A stretch of DNA of 64,000 bases from Terrimicrobiaceae bacterium (GTDB lineage Bacteria > Verrucomicrobiota > Verrucomicrobiia > Chthoniobacterales > Terrimicrobiaceae). The notes beneath the pieces were generated by a model that worked only from the letters and a program-made list of their open reading frames with translations, ran no database searches and had not been told where the DNA came from. Within the stretch, counting starts at the first letter, position 1; each line of letters starts with the position of its first letter. The stretch spans positions 225 to 64,224 of the forward strand of contig JAJTZA010000061.1 in NCBI GenBank assembly GCA_021463905.1, read 5' to 3'. The position numbers and the translations under genes were made by a program. This document shows, piece by piece, positions 50,116-58,351 of this stretch.

Positions 50116-50202
50116 TCTTTCTCCTGTTTTCAGTGGCGCGCTTCAAGCAAAACGATCCAACAACCCCGCAAACTCCCGCATTTTTTTGGATGCGCGTCAT
50201 TC

Positions 50203-50460
50203 TCAGGATCCCGTCAGATTTTCATACACGCCCGTGTCGCGGCGCTTCAAAACACTAAATCCGGCATTTTTTGCCTCGCTGAGGGAAAGCGGTTTGGCGA
50301 CGCGCGGAGTGTTGGGTGCGGAGAGGACCCTCCGGACGGCCTTTTTGCAGAGCGGGCAGGCGGTCAGCTCCGGGCGTCCCAATGGTCTGCGTAATTCGAA
50401 CCGTCCGCCACAGGCCTTGCAGGACTCGCCTTCGACCACTTCATATTCGTAGATCGGCAC
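50203..50460 (-). CDS. FmdB-family zinc-ribbon protein
   Basis: MPIYEYEV...CKACGGRFEL...CPLCKK: two CxxC pairs with the typical MPIYEY start. Confidence 0.75.
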   Translation of the reverse strand: MPIYEYEVVEGESCKACGGRFELRRPLGRPELTACPLCKKAVRRVLSAPNTPRVAKPLSLSEAKNAGFSVLKRRDTGVYENLTGS

Positions 50461-50502
50461 TGCGACGCAAACAATCGGCGGACTCCGCCTTCCGTTCCGT
50501 GG

Positions 50503-50772
50503 CTACCAGCTCGACTTGGTCACCCCGGGGATCATGCCCGAAGAGGCCAGCTCGCGAAAGGTGATGCGGGAGAGCTTGAACCGCCGCATATACCCGCGGC
50601 GACGCCCCGTCGCCCGGCAGCGATTCACCAAACGGGTCGGACTCGCATCCCGCGGCAACTGCGTGAGCGAGGCGTAGTCCTTCTTCGCCTTCAACTCCTT
50701 GCGAAGCTCCGCGTACTTCTCGACCGTCCGTCGTTTCCGAGCATCACGCTCTATCCATGATTTTTTTGCCAT
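50503..50772 (-). CDS. rpsN: 30S ribosomal protein S14, long Cys-free (C-minus) form
   Basis: Start at [10 protein letters not shown] (ATG 50772), 89 aa. Ends ...[21 protein letters not shown]. No CxxC pairs. Confidence 0.85.
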   Translation of the reverse strand: MAKKSWIERDARKRRTVEKYAELRKELKAKKDYASLTQLPRDASPTRLVNRCRATGRRRGYMRRFKLSRITFRELASSGMIPGVTKSSW

Positions 50773-50824
50773 AAGCTGAAGGGACGAATGTAGCCGCCCG
50801 CCCCGCTCCGGCAAGAACATATTT

Positions 50825-50836
50825 TGAAAATTTTCA
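50825..50836. promoter_or_regulatory. Perfect 12-nt AT-rich palindrome TGAAAATTTTCA upstream of rpsN (candidate operator)
   Basis: Read directly from the sequence. Its centre is ~58 nt upstream of the rpsN ATG, inside an AT-rich island of the rpsN / RRM-gene divergent intergenic region. Confidence 0.4.
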
Positions 50837-50862
50837 CACCTTCGTAAAAAAATTGAAATTGT

Positions 50863-50874
50863 GGATTGCAATCC
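50863..50874. promoter_or_regulatory. Second perfect 12-nt palindrome GGATTGCAATCC in the same intergenic region
   Basis: Read directly from the sequence, 27 nt from the first palindrome. Confidence 0.3.
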
Positions 50875-51114
50875 TTGCGGGGACAGTGGATGTTTTCCCG
50901 CTTACTCAAGCGCGAGGAATTTGGGAACCGTCTTGCGGGAAAATGGCTGACAGATTGTTGTCGGTGCTCTGCGGTCGGGATGCTTTGGGCAAATGAGCCA
51001 CGGATGGCCGTTCCGAAGCCCGCGATTCCCGCTTGGAAAATCATACCTCGGAGAGGTGCGCCGGGAAACGAAGGAACGCCGCGCACGAAGGCTCCGTACA
51101 ACCACAAAACAACC

Positions 51115-51690
51115 ATGCCACAAGAGCAATCCAGTACAGCATCCAAATCCCGACGCCCCCGCAACCGCCGCCCCGGATACCAAAAGAACAGAGCCGCCCG
51201 TCCTGAGCAGCCAGCTCCCGCCGCCAAAAAACCGTCGTTCTGGCAAAAGATCACCCGGCTTTTCTCGGGAGAAACCGGGGCCAATGCAGCCAAAGATCCC
51301 TACGGCTCCTCACCCAAACCCGCCCGCCCCCGCGACAGTGGCAGGCCGTCCGGCCCCAAGCCAGACCGGAAACCCCGCAAGCCCGAGGCCGTCGAGGTTA
51401 CCAGCCCGCGGCTCTACGTGGGCAACCTTTCCTTCGATGCGGTGGAAAGCGACCTGCAGGAGCTTTTTAGCGGAGCGGGAGCGGTGGCCAACGTTGAGAT
51501 TGTCATCAACCGGCACACGCAGAGATCGAAGGGATTTGGCTTTGTCCAGATGCAGACCATCGAGGAGGCACTGCGGGCCGTGGAAGCTCTCCACGACAAG
51601 GAATACATGGGCCGCAAACTCGTGGTGAGCGGCGCGAAGGCCGCCGATGAGCGCCGCGACGAGCGGAACCGCACCTCCGAAGCCGCCTAA
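51115..51690 (+). CDS. RNA-binding protein with a C-terminal RRM domain and an Arg/Pro-rich disordered N-terminus
   Basis: RNP motifs LYVGNLSF and KGFGFVQM. Start chosen at MPQEQSST (ATG 51115). The track ORF starts at 50866. Confidence 0.75.
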   Translation: MPQEQSSTASKSRRPRNRRPGYQKNRAARPEQPAPAAKKPSFWQKITRLFSGETGANAAKDPYGSSPKPARPRDSGRPSGPKPDRKPRKPEAVEVTSPRLYVGNLSFDAVESDLQELFSGAGAVANVEIVINRHTQRSKGFGFVQMQTIEEALRAVEALHDKEYMGRKLVVSGAKAADERRDERNRTSEAA

Positions 51691-52585
51691 AAATCTTCTC
51701 GCGCTGGTCGGCCCCACCGGGGCCGGCAAGAGCGAGCTGGCGGTTCTGATCGCGGAACGTATTGACGCAGAAATTCTCTGCGTGGACGCGTATCAGGTGT
51801 ATCGGGGCATGGCGGTTCTCACCGCACAGCCGGATTCCGGACTGCGTGCGCGGGTGAAGCACCATTTGTATGGAGAATTTTCTCCTCATGAGGTGCTGGA
51901 CGCCGCCATTTTCGCGCGGCGCGCCCAGGCGGTCATGGACGACGCAACCACGCGCGGCGTGCCCATCCTTTTGGTGGGAGGCAGCGGACTTTATTTGCGG
52001 GCACTGCTGGGCGGATTTGATCCGCTGCCACCTGTGGATGCCGAGCTGCGGGCCGCGCTGCGGGAACTCGGGCTGACGGAACTCCTTCGACGGCTGGCGG
52101 ATGCGGATCCGCATGCGCTGGAGACCGTGGACGCACAAAACCCGCGCCGGGTGCAGCGCGCGCTCGAAATTGTTTTGCAGACGGGGCTGCCACTGTCCGC
52201 TTCCCGGAAGCGCGGGAAGCAGTTTCGCGTCGTGCACCACGGCTGGCTGGCGGCCCGCTCACGCGAGGAATTGCGCCTCCGCATTGAAACGAATGTGGCC
52301 CGGATGTTCGAGGAGGGCGTCATCGAGGAGGTCCGCCAGTTGGGCACGATTGGCGAAACCGCCTCGCGCGCCATCGGCTGGCAACACATCCACCAGATCC
52401 TCGCGGGTCGGCTGACCCCGGAAGAGGCGTGCGTTCGCATCGTCGCCGACACGCGCGCGTATGCCAAAAGACAGTTGACGTGGTTTCGGAACCAGACTAG
52501 CTATCCGGAAGTGACTTTAACCGGCTCCCTCCCTCCCAGCGGATTTGTGGAATCCGTGGCAGACCTCGTTTTGGGTGCCCCATGA
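51647..52585 (+). CDS. miaA: tRNA dimethylallyltransferase
   Basis: LVGPTGAGKSELAV P-loop and the typical MiaA core. The 5' end overlaps the RRM gene by 44 nt. Confidence 0.9.
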   Translation: MSAATSGTAPPKPPKNLLALVGPTGAGKSELAVLIAERIDAEILCVDAYQVYRGMAVLTAQPDSGLRARVKHHLYGEFSPHEVLDAAIFARRAQAVMDDATTRGVPILLVGGSGLYLRALLGGFDPLPPVDAELRAALRELGLTELLRRLADADPHALETVDAQNPRRVQRALEIVLQTGLPLSASRKRGKQFRVVHHGWLAARSREELRLRIETNVARMFEEGVIEEVRQLGTIGETASRAIGWQHIHQILAGRLTPEEACVRIVADTRAYAKRQLTWFRNQTSYPEVTLTGSLPPSGFVESVADLVLGAP

Positions 52586-53865
52586 GAGAATCTGAACGCC
52601 CAGTCCACGAAAGCGCGATTCTGGTTGGTCTTGAACGCGAGGGCGTCAGCCGCTGGGATGTGCAGGATTCGCTGGATGAGCTGCGACAATTGGCCGCCTC
52701 CGCCGGCGCGACGGTGGCTGATGTGGTCATCCAAAAGCTCGATCACCCGACGGCGCCGTACTACATCGGAAAAGGCAAGGCGGAGGAAATCGCGCGCGGG
52801 GGAGCCGGGCAGTCCGCAACGACGTTGATTTTTGATGACGAACTCTCGCCCGCGCAGGGACGCAATCTGGAGAATCTGACCAGTCGCAAGGTGCTGGATC
52901 GCACTCAACTGATCCTTGACATCTTTGCCCGCCGGGCGCGAAGCCGAGAAGGGCGATTGCAAATCGAGCTGGCCCAGTTGCAGTACCTTCTTCCTCGATT
53001 AACCCGCATGTGGACCCACCTTTCGCGGCAAACCGGCGGGATTGGCACGCGAGGCCCGGGGGAAACCCAGCTCGAAGTGGACCGCCGACGCGTGCAGGAA
53101 CGCATCGCACGACTCGAACGCGACCTGCGGGAAGTCCGAAAAAATCGCGCCGTCCAGCGGGAAGGCCGCCGCCGGAACCACTGGCCGGTTGCCTCCCTTG
53201 TCGGCTACACCAACGCGGGGAAATCCTCGCTGCTCAACCGCCTCACCGGTGCGGGGGTCTCCGCCGAGGACAGACTCTTTGCCACTCTCGATCCCACAAC
53301 CCGGCAAGTCGTTTTGCCCAACCGGCAGAAGCTGCTGCTGACAGATACCGTGGGGTTCATTCGCAAACTTCCTCACACACTCATCGAGTCCTTCAAGGCG
53401 ACTCTCGAGGAGGTGCAGCTTGCGGACCTGCTGGTACACGTGGTGGATGCGAGCCACCCGCAACACGCCGAGCAAATGGCCGCCGTCGAGTCCACCCTCA
53501 AGGAATTGAATGCGATGGGAAAACAAACGCTCCTGGTTTTCAATAAATGCGATGTCGTGCCGCACCCCGACCTCATCGAAGGACTCCTGAGACAACACCC
53601 GGGCAGCGTGGCAGTTTCCGCGCGGACGGGTGAAGGCATCCCCGCACTGCTCGAAGAATTCCAAATCCGCCTTGAAGCGTGGCGGCTCAAAATGCGGCTG
53701 GCCCTTCCCCATTCGGAATCCGCGCTGCTCGCCGAAATCCACCGCGTCGGCCATGTCCTGGAGGTTCGCTACGAAGACGACGGCCGGACATTGGTCACCG
53801 CCCACATTCCGCCCGAGCTGGCACCCCGGCTCGCCGCGTGGGTGCTCCCGCCCTCCGAGGCATGA
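52582..53865 (+). CDS. hflX: GTPase HflX
   Basis: HflX N-domain, G motifs GYTNAGKSSLLN, DTVGF, NKCD. ATGA overlap with miaA. Confidence 0.9.
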   Translation: MRESERPVHESAILVGLEREGVSRWDVQDSLDELRQLAASAGATVADVVIQKLDHPTAPYYIGKGKAEEIARGGAGQSATTLIFDDELSPAQGRNLENLTSRKVLDRTQLILDIFARRARSREGRLQIELAQLQYLLPRLTRMWTHLSRQTGGIGTRGPGETQLEVDRRRVQERIARLERDLREVRKNRAVQREGRRRNHWPVASLVGYTNAGKSSLLNRLTGAGVSAEDRLFATLDPTTRQVVLPNRQKLLLTDTVGFIRKLPHTLIESFKATLEEVQLADLLVHVVDASHPQHAEQMAAVESTLKELNAMGKQTLLVFNKCDVVPHPDLIEGLLRQHPGSVAVSARTGEGIPALLEEFQIRLEAWRLKMRLALPHSESALLAEIHRVGHVLEVRYEDDGRTLVTAHIPPELAPRLAAWVLPPSEA

Positions 53866-54545
53866 ACCCCCGCCTCGCACTTCTTCTTCCGTGTGTTTTC
53901 GTGTCGGCCTGCGCCACGTTTCTCCCCTCTCCCCAGCCCAAGCCCAAGCCCAAGCCGGGCGAACCTGTGCTGACGATCTATGCGGCCAAACCCTGGTTTG
54001 TCGAGGAAGGGATCGCCTCATGGTATGGAGGGCGTTGGATCGGGCGTCTGACCGCCAATGGCGAGCGCTACCGCGCCAACGATCTGACCGCCGCCCACAA
54101 AAAGCTGCCATTCCACACCCGGGTGCGCGTCACCGATCTCAAGACCGGACGACAGATTATCGTACGCATCAACAACCGGGGGCCCTTCAAAAAAGGCCGG
54201 GTGATTGACCTGAGTGTAACCGCCGCGCGGCAGCTCGGCACCTACGACCGCGGACTCGCCAAGGTGCGCATCGAAGCACTGCGGGAAATCCCCCAAATGA
54301 AACACCCCAACCTCTCCACCAGGAAATTAAGGGCTCAGAACGAACAACAAAACACGCCACAGAAGAAGCAGGCCCTCAAGCCGACACCGACGCCGACACC
54401 GACACCAAAGCCGTCGCCGACTCCAGCCAAAAAATCGCCAACCTCCGCCCGCAAAAAATCCGCATCCTCCGGATCTCCCCCCGGGAACTCCCGCCACAAG
54501 ACAAGCCCGCAGCGCAAATCCCGCACCCCACGCAAATCTAGCTAA
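53862..54545 (+). CDS. rlpA: Septal ring lytic transglycosylase RlpA-family lipoprotein
   Basis: Start at MNPRLALLLPCVFVSAC (lipobox). DPBB core ASWYGG...TANGERY...AAHKKLPFHTRVRVTDL...VRINNRGPF. Pro/Thr/Lys-rich tail. Confidence 0.8.
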   Translation: MNPRLALLLPCVFVSACATFLPSPQPKPKPKPGEPVLTIYAAKPWFVEEGIASWYGGRWIGRLTANGERYRANDLTAAHKKLPFHTRVRVTDLKTGRQIIVRINNRGPFKKGRVIDLSVTAARQLGTYDRGLAKVRIEALREIPQMKHPNLSTRKLRAQNEQQNTPQKKQALKPTPTPTPTPKPSPTPAKKSPTSARKKSASSGSPPGNSRHKTSPQRKSRTPRKSS

Positions 54546-56676
54546 GCCGCTTCCAGAAGGTCACCTCGGAAACCCCATGCTGAAACGCGCGTTGCGCCTC
54601 ACGAAAAACATACGGGATTTCGCTCACGCCTCCGAAGGACTCGAAGTGCGCATCGAGAGCCGCATGGAGGCCATCCCGAGTGGTCACCTCCCTGCCGTCC
54701 CGCTTGAAGCCACCGAGCCAGTTTTCGCGCGGCGTTTGCTCGATGCTCCATGTTCCCGGTGTGGCTACCATTAGTATCCCCCCCACCTTCATGCGCCCGC
54801 GAATGGCGGCCAGGAACTTGAGCGGGTCGTAGAGGCACTCGATCAGATTGGCCGCAAGGACAAAATCATAATCGCCAAACTGCGGCTTCAGGTTGCAGGC
54901 GTCGGACTGGAAAAACTCAACCTTCTCCTCCACCCCCTCCAGCCCCAGACCGGCCAATGTTGCTTCTCTCAGCTCCACCAGCTCGCCTTCTTTCACGATC
55001 TGGTAGCGCAAGGGCAGGCCCTGGGCCAACGTCACACCATGACGGATAAATCGCGCCGAAAAATCCAGCCCGGTCACGAAATCAAAATGGCGCGCCAGCT
55101 CAAAGGTCGCCCGCCCCGAGGCGCAGCCGATATCGAGCGCCCGGCGCTTCGGCGTATTCCCCAGAACAGCCAGTGCCTTTTGAACAAGAGCCTCCTGGAA
55201 ATTGGGAACCCCAAAATGGGTCGCACCATAGTGAAACTCCGCGTAATCGGAAAGCATCCGGTCGGTCTCGCATTGCAGGGGGGCAGGCGGCGCATTTTCC
55301 GCCACAATGTAGCGGAACCCCGCATGTTGGAAAAAATGGCGACGAAACGCATACCGCGAATCCGGCTCGGCCTCATTTCCCGAGGAAATCCACGCGCCCC
55401 CCTTAATGATCGCGTGTCTGTCATCAAAGGTGGGCGTCGTGAAGTCATCGTAATACGGATGTACCTCGAAACCATCGAACGGATAAATGGGCGTCTCCGT
55501 CCACTGCCAGACATTGCCGACCATGTCAAAGAACGGCCCGTGAGCGAAGCCATCCACGGGCGTTGAGGACGCGCCGTGGTCGAGATGCAAGTTAGCGTCA
55601 TCCCCGGGCTTCCATCCGCTCACCGCCAACATGCGGTGCCATTCATCCTCGCTGGGAAGACGAACCCGACGGCCTTCCGATACCGACTTCCAGCGACAGA
55701 ACGCCCGCGCCTCATGCGCATTGACCTCGACCGGCCAATTCCAGGGCATCGCCACAACCTCGGTCATGAGCCGCAGCCTCCACCCCTCGCCACCCGGAAC
55801 CCAAAACTCCGGATGGGTCGCCTTGCTGTAACCCAGCCACTCCACACCCTCCTCATCCCAAAACTCCCCGTTTTTGTAACCACCCGCTTCCACAAAATTC
55901 AAATACTCGCCATTGCTGACCAGCAACCTGGACGCCTGGAATGCGGGCGTCTCGTCCGCGTGCGTTCCAAACTCATTATCCCACCCGTACAGACGCGGGT
56001 TTTTCCGACTTCGTCCGAGCACCACTGTCCCTGCCGGAATTTCCACAAGGCTGTTTTGCGGCGCCGGCCCGGAGGACTGGTTTGCCTTCCAGTCGGGATG
56101 TGGGCGAATGAATTCCAGTTTTTGCTGACGGATCAACACGGAAGAGGTTTCGACGTGGATGCGCTCGTGTTCGATGCCCATGACAATCGTCCACCAGGGA
56201 TGTTCCCAATTCACGGGAAGCGTCAAGGGAGCCTCGTCAATGATGCCCAAAACGATGCGGCGAATTTCGTCGCGATACGCCTGGACTCTCTCGACCTCCG
56301 GCCAATCGTAATGCGCGTCATTCAGATCATCCCAACTCATCTCATCCACCCCGATGGCAAAAATGGATTCCATGTGAGGGTCCACGCGCTTTTCCACAAG
56401 CCGCGCCAGGAGCAGCTTGTTGATAAAAAACGTGGCCGTGTGACCGTAATAAAATATCAGCGGATGACGCAGCGGGATGGCCCGCTCATACCAGGCCCTG
56501 CGGTCAGCGAGGGTCTGAAACAGCGACTCATACCGGTCATAGGTTGAAAGAAAGGATTCCTTCAGCTCCTTCCGAAATTTCTTCGGATCGCTTTGATCCA
56601 GCGGCAGACGATGGATATATGGGCGCAGTGCGGATGAGCCGCTCTCGGTCGAATGGGATGCTTTGCTGGTAGCCAT
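54538..56676 (-). CDS. ovoA: 5-histidylcysteine sulfoxide synthase / mercaptohistidine methyltransferase (ovothiol biosynthesis, OvoA-like)
   Basis: 712 aa with three parts: DinB-like N-terminus (IFYYGHTATFFINKL), FGE-sulfatase-type domain (GNVWQWTETP) and a C-terminal SAM methyltransferase (ALDIGCASGRATFELA). Confidence 0.8.
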   Translation of the reverse strand: MATSKASHSTESGSSALRPYIHRLPLDQSDPKKFRKELKESFLSTYDRYESLFQTLADRRAWYERAIPLRHPLIFYYGHTATFFINKLLLARLVEKRVDPHMESIFAIGVDEMSWDDLNDAHYDWPEVERVQAYRDEIRRIVLGIIDEAPLTLPVNWEHPWWTIVMGIEHERIHVETSSVLIRQQKLEFIRPHPDWKANQSSGPAPQNSLVEIPAGTVVLGRSRKNPRLYGWDNEFGTHADETPAFQASRLLVSNGEYLNFVEAGGYKNGEFWDEEGVEWLGYSKATHPEFWVPGGEGWRLRLMTEVVAMPWNWPVEVNAHEARAFCRWKSVSEGRRVRLPSEDEWHRMLAVSGWKPGDDANLHLDHGASSTPVDGFAHGPFFDMVGNVWQWTETPIYPFDGFEVHPYYDDFTTPTFDDRHAIIKGGAWISSGNEAEPDSRYAFRRHFFQHAGFRYIVAENAPPAPLQCETDRMLSDYAEFHYGATHFGVPNFQEALVQKALAVLGNTPKRRALDIGCASGRATFELARHFDFVTGLDFSARFIRHGVTLAQGLPLRYQIVKEGELVELREATLAGLGLEGVEEKVEFFQSDACNLKPQFGDYDFVLAANLIECLYDPLKFLAAIRGRMKVGGILMVATPGTWSIEQTPRENWLGGFKRDGREVTTRDGLHAALDAHFESFGGVSEIPYVFREAQRAFQHGVSEVTFWKRLS

Positions 56677-56803
56677 GACAAAGACTCAACCTACCAGACC
56701 TCCGAACGATTTTCAACTGCCCGCCTAACAATCGAGCCGGATGCTTGAGTTGTTTTGACCTTGGAAACCTGGGCGAGATCCTCGCTGACAACAGCAGCCT
56801 GCC

Positions 56804-56869
56804 ACACCCCAGCCCGCCGCCGCGAGGGCGGGGTCAATGAGTTCGGCGCGGGTTTCGGTTTCGTTCATG
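56804..56869 (-). pseudogene. 5' fragment of an hsdR gene (first ~22 codons, MNETETRAELIDPALAAAGWGV)
   Basis: 63 nt (56807-56869) are identical to 60690-60752, the 5' end of the intact hsdR. After that the reading frame diverges and stops. Confidence 0.8.
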
Positions 56870-57269
56870 CGTAAAGGGTGAACGTGTTGCCTTCCCGAGT
56901 CAGTAGATTGAGAAATTTTGGGTGCAAAAATAGTTTCTCTTTACCGATCGACTTTTCCTCCAAGACGCGGATGCGCACCAACTCCTTGAGGTAGCGGGAC
57001 GCCGCCTGCCGGGCAGCGATGCCTGCATGGGTCACGTCGGCGATACGGCAGTAAGGCTTCTCGAAGATCAAGTTCACCAACTCGTGGCTGTAAATCTTCG
57101 GCACTCCTGCGCGGACGAATTCGATGGTATGCGCTGCCAGTTCGCGAATCGCCGCGATCTTGGCCGTGGTCCACGCCGCCGTCTCCGCCACCCCGCGCAG
57201 CAGATAGGTCAGCCACTCCTCCCACGCCTGCTCGCGCGTCACCCTCAGCAGCAGCCGGTAGTAGTCCGA
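56865..57269 (-). pseudogene. C-terminal fragment of a second, different Fic-family gene
   Basis: The in-frame stretch SDYYRLLLRVTREQAWEEWLTYLLRGV...wHTH-like tail is preceded by a stop (57270-57272). There is no Fic active-site region. Its stop overlaps the hsdR fragment ATG, as in the intact fic-hsdR pair. Confidence 0.65.
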
Positions 57270-57293
57270 CTAACAGCAACACGTCAATAGAAT

Positions 57294-57394
57294 GTGTCGC
57301 AATTTCTCAATTTCAGCGACACGTCTTCCCCTTCATGTCGCCGCCAAGGACATAAGGGATGCGGCCTGTCGTTGTTTTGCGCTGTCAGCGACAT
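57294..57394. repeat. Two adjacent 7-bp-arm inverted repeats built on the same core (GTGTCGC-N15-GCGACAC and ATGTCGC-N46-GCGACAT)
   Basis: Read directly: arms at 57294-57300 / 57316-57322 and 57335-57341 / 57388-57394. They lie exactly at the truncation point of the Fic fragment. Confidence 0.5.
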
Positions 57395-57473
57395 GTTGCT
57401 GCCCTTCCACGCTCAGGCACAGGCCACCAGCACCGCGATCCGTCAAGCGTAAGTCCTGGCATGATTCAAGCGG

Positions 57474-57600
57474 CTACAACTCCCCGGCGAAGGCCCGGTG
57501 CAGCAGCACCTGCTTCAACTCCGCCAGTGTCGCCGACTGCCGCGCATACCCCTCCGCCAGCCGCTACGCCCCGGTGGAGAGGGTGCCGAGGGCACCCTTG
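57474..57600 (-). pseudogene. Remnant of an hsdS 3' end (C-terminal conserved helix) with an in-frame stop
   Basis: Translates to ...GALGTLSTGA*RLAEGYARQSATLAELKQVLLHRAFAGEL*, homologous to the C-terminus of the intact hsdS. Confidence 0.7.
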
Positions 57601-57768
57601 AAGGAAAGTCCACGGAAAAACCGTCACGCGAGGACTGTCCGAGGAGAAAGCCCAGAAAGTCTCACGGAAAGACTCGGTGCGAAACGTCCCAAAACCCCGC
57701 TAAGTTGAGCCATTCATGCCCCCTACCCCATATTTTCCGAAAATGTACTCCTTGGTCATATATGCGGG

Positions 57769-58188
57769 TTAGCTCTTGCGGTAGCGTCGCACGGCAAAAG
57801 CACAGGCCAGCGTCCCTGCTACCAAAAACATGGTAATGGTAGAGGGTTCGGGGATAGGATTCAGGTAGTTGGTTCCGGAGGCGCTTCCCAGGGAAAAGGA
57901 ATTTACCGGTGCGTTGGTATTATCGAGCACGGCGGCCGTCCCTCCCCATGAGACGGTATTGCCCGCATCGTGAGTCACGCTATAGCCAACACCGTTGTTA
58001 TCGAGGCTGTGGCTATCGAGTCGGATGTCGGAATACATTGTCACCGCCACATCAAAAGGAGTTCCGAATGTAAACGGGATGGAAAATGCGAGTGATTGGT
58101 TGAGCCCATATCCGTCGCTTACGGGCTGATTTGCTGCCATTGATAGGGAACCATATTGCCAATCGCCAGCACTCCATTGATCCCCCAT
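57769..58188 (-). CDS. PEP-CTERM domain protein, short and without a signal peptide (probable fragment)
   Basis: C-terminal IPEPSTITMFLVAGTLACAFAVRRYRK. The N-terminus is not hydrophobic. GC looks visibly lower than the surroundings. Confidence 0.45.
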   Translation of the reverse strand: MGDQWSAGDWQYGSLSMAANQPVSDGYGLNQSLAFSIPFTFGTPFDVAVTMYSDIRLDSHSLDNNGVGYSVTHDAGNTVSWGGTAAVLDNTNAPVNSFSLGSASGTNYLNPIPEPSTITMFLVAGTLACAFAVRRYRKS

Positions 58189-58351
58189 ATATTGACCGAC
58201 CCTTACAAGATCCTGACGACCGTCCCTGCGGGGCCGATCGTCACCTGATCGAGGCCCGACATCTCGGCATCCTGGGCAATTCCGCGCCGGGTTTTCAGGA
58301 AGCGTCCGGAACTCGTCTCATGTCTGCATGATAACGCCCAAACTTTGTTGG

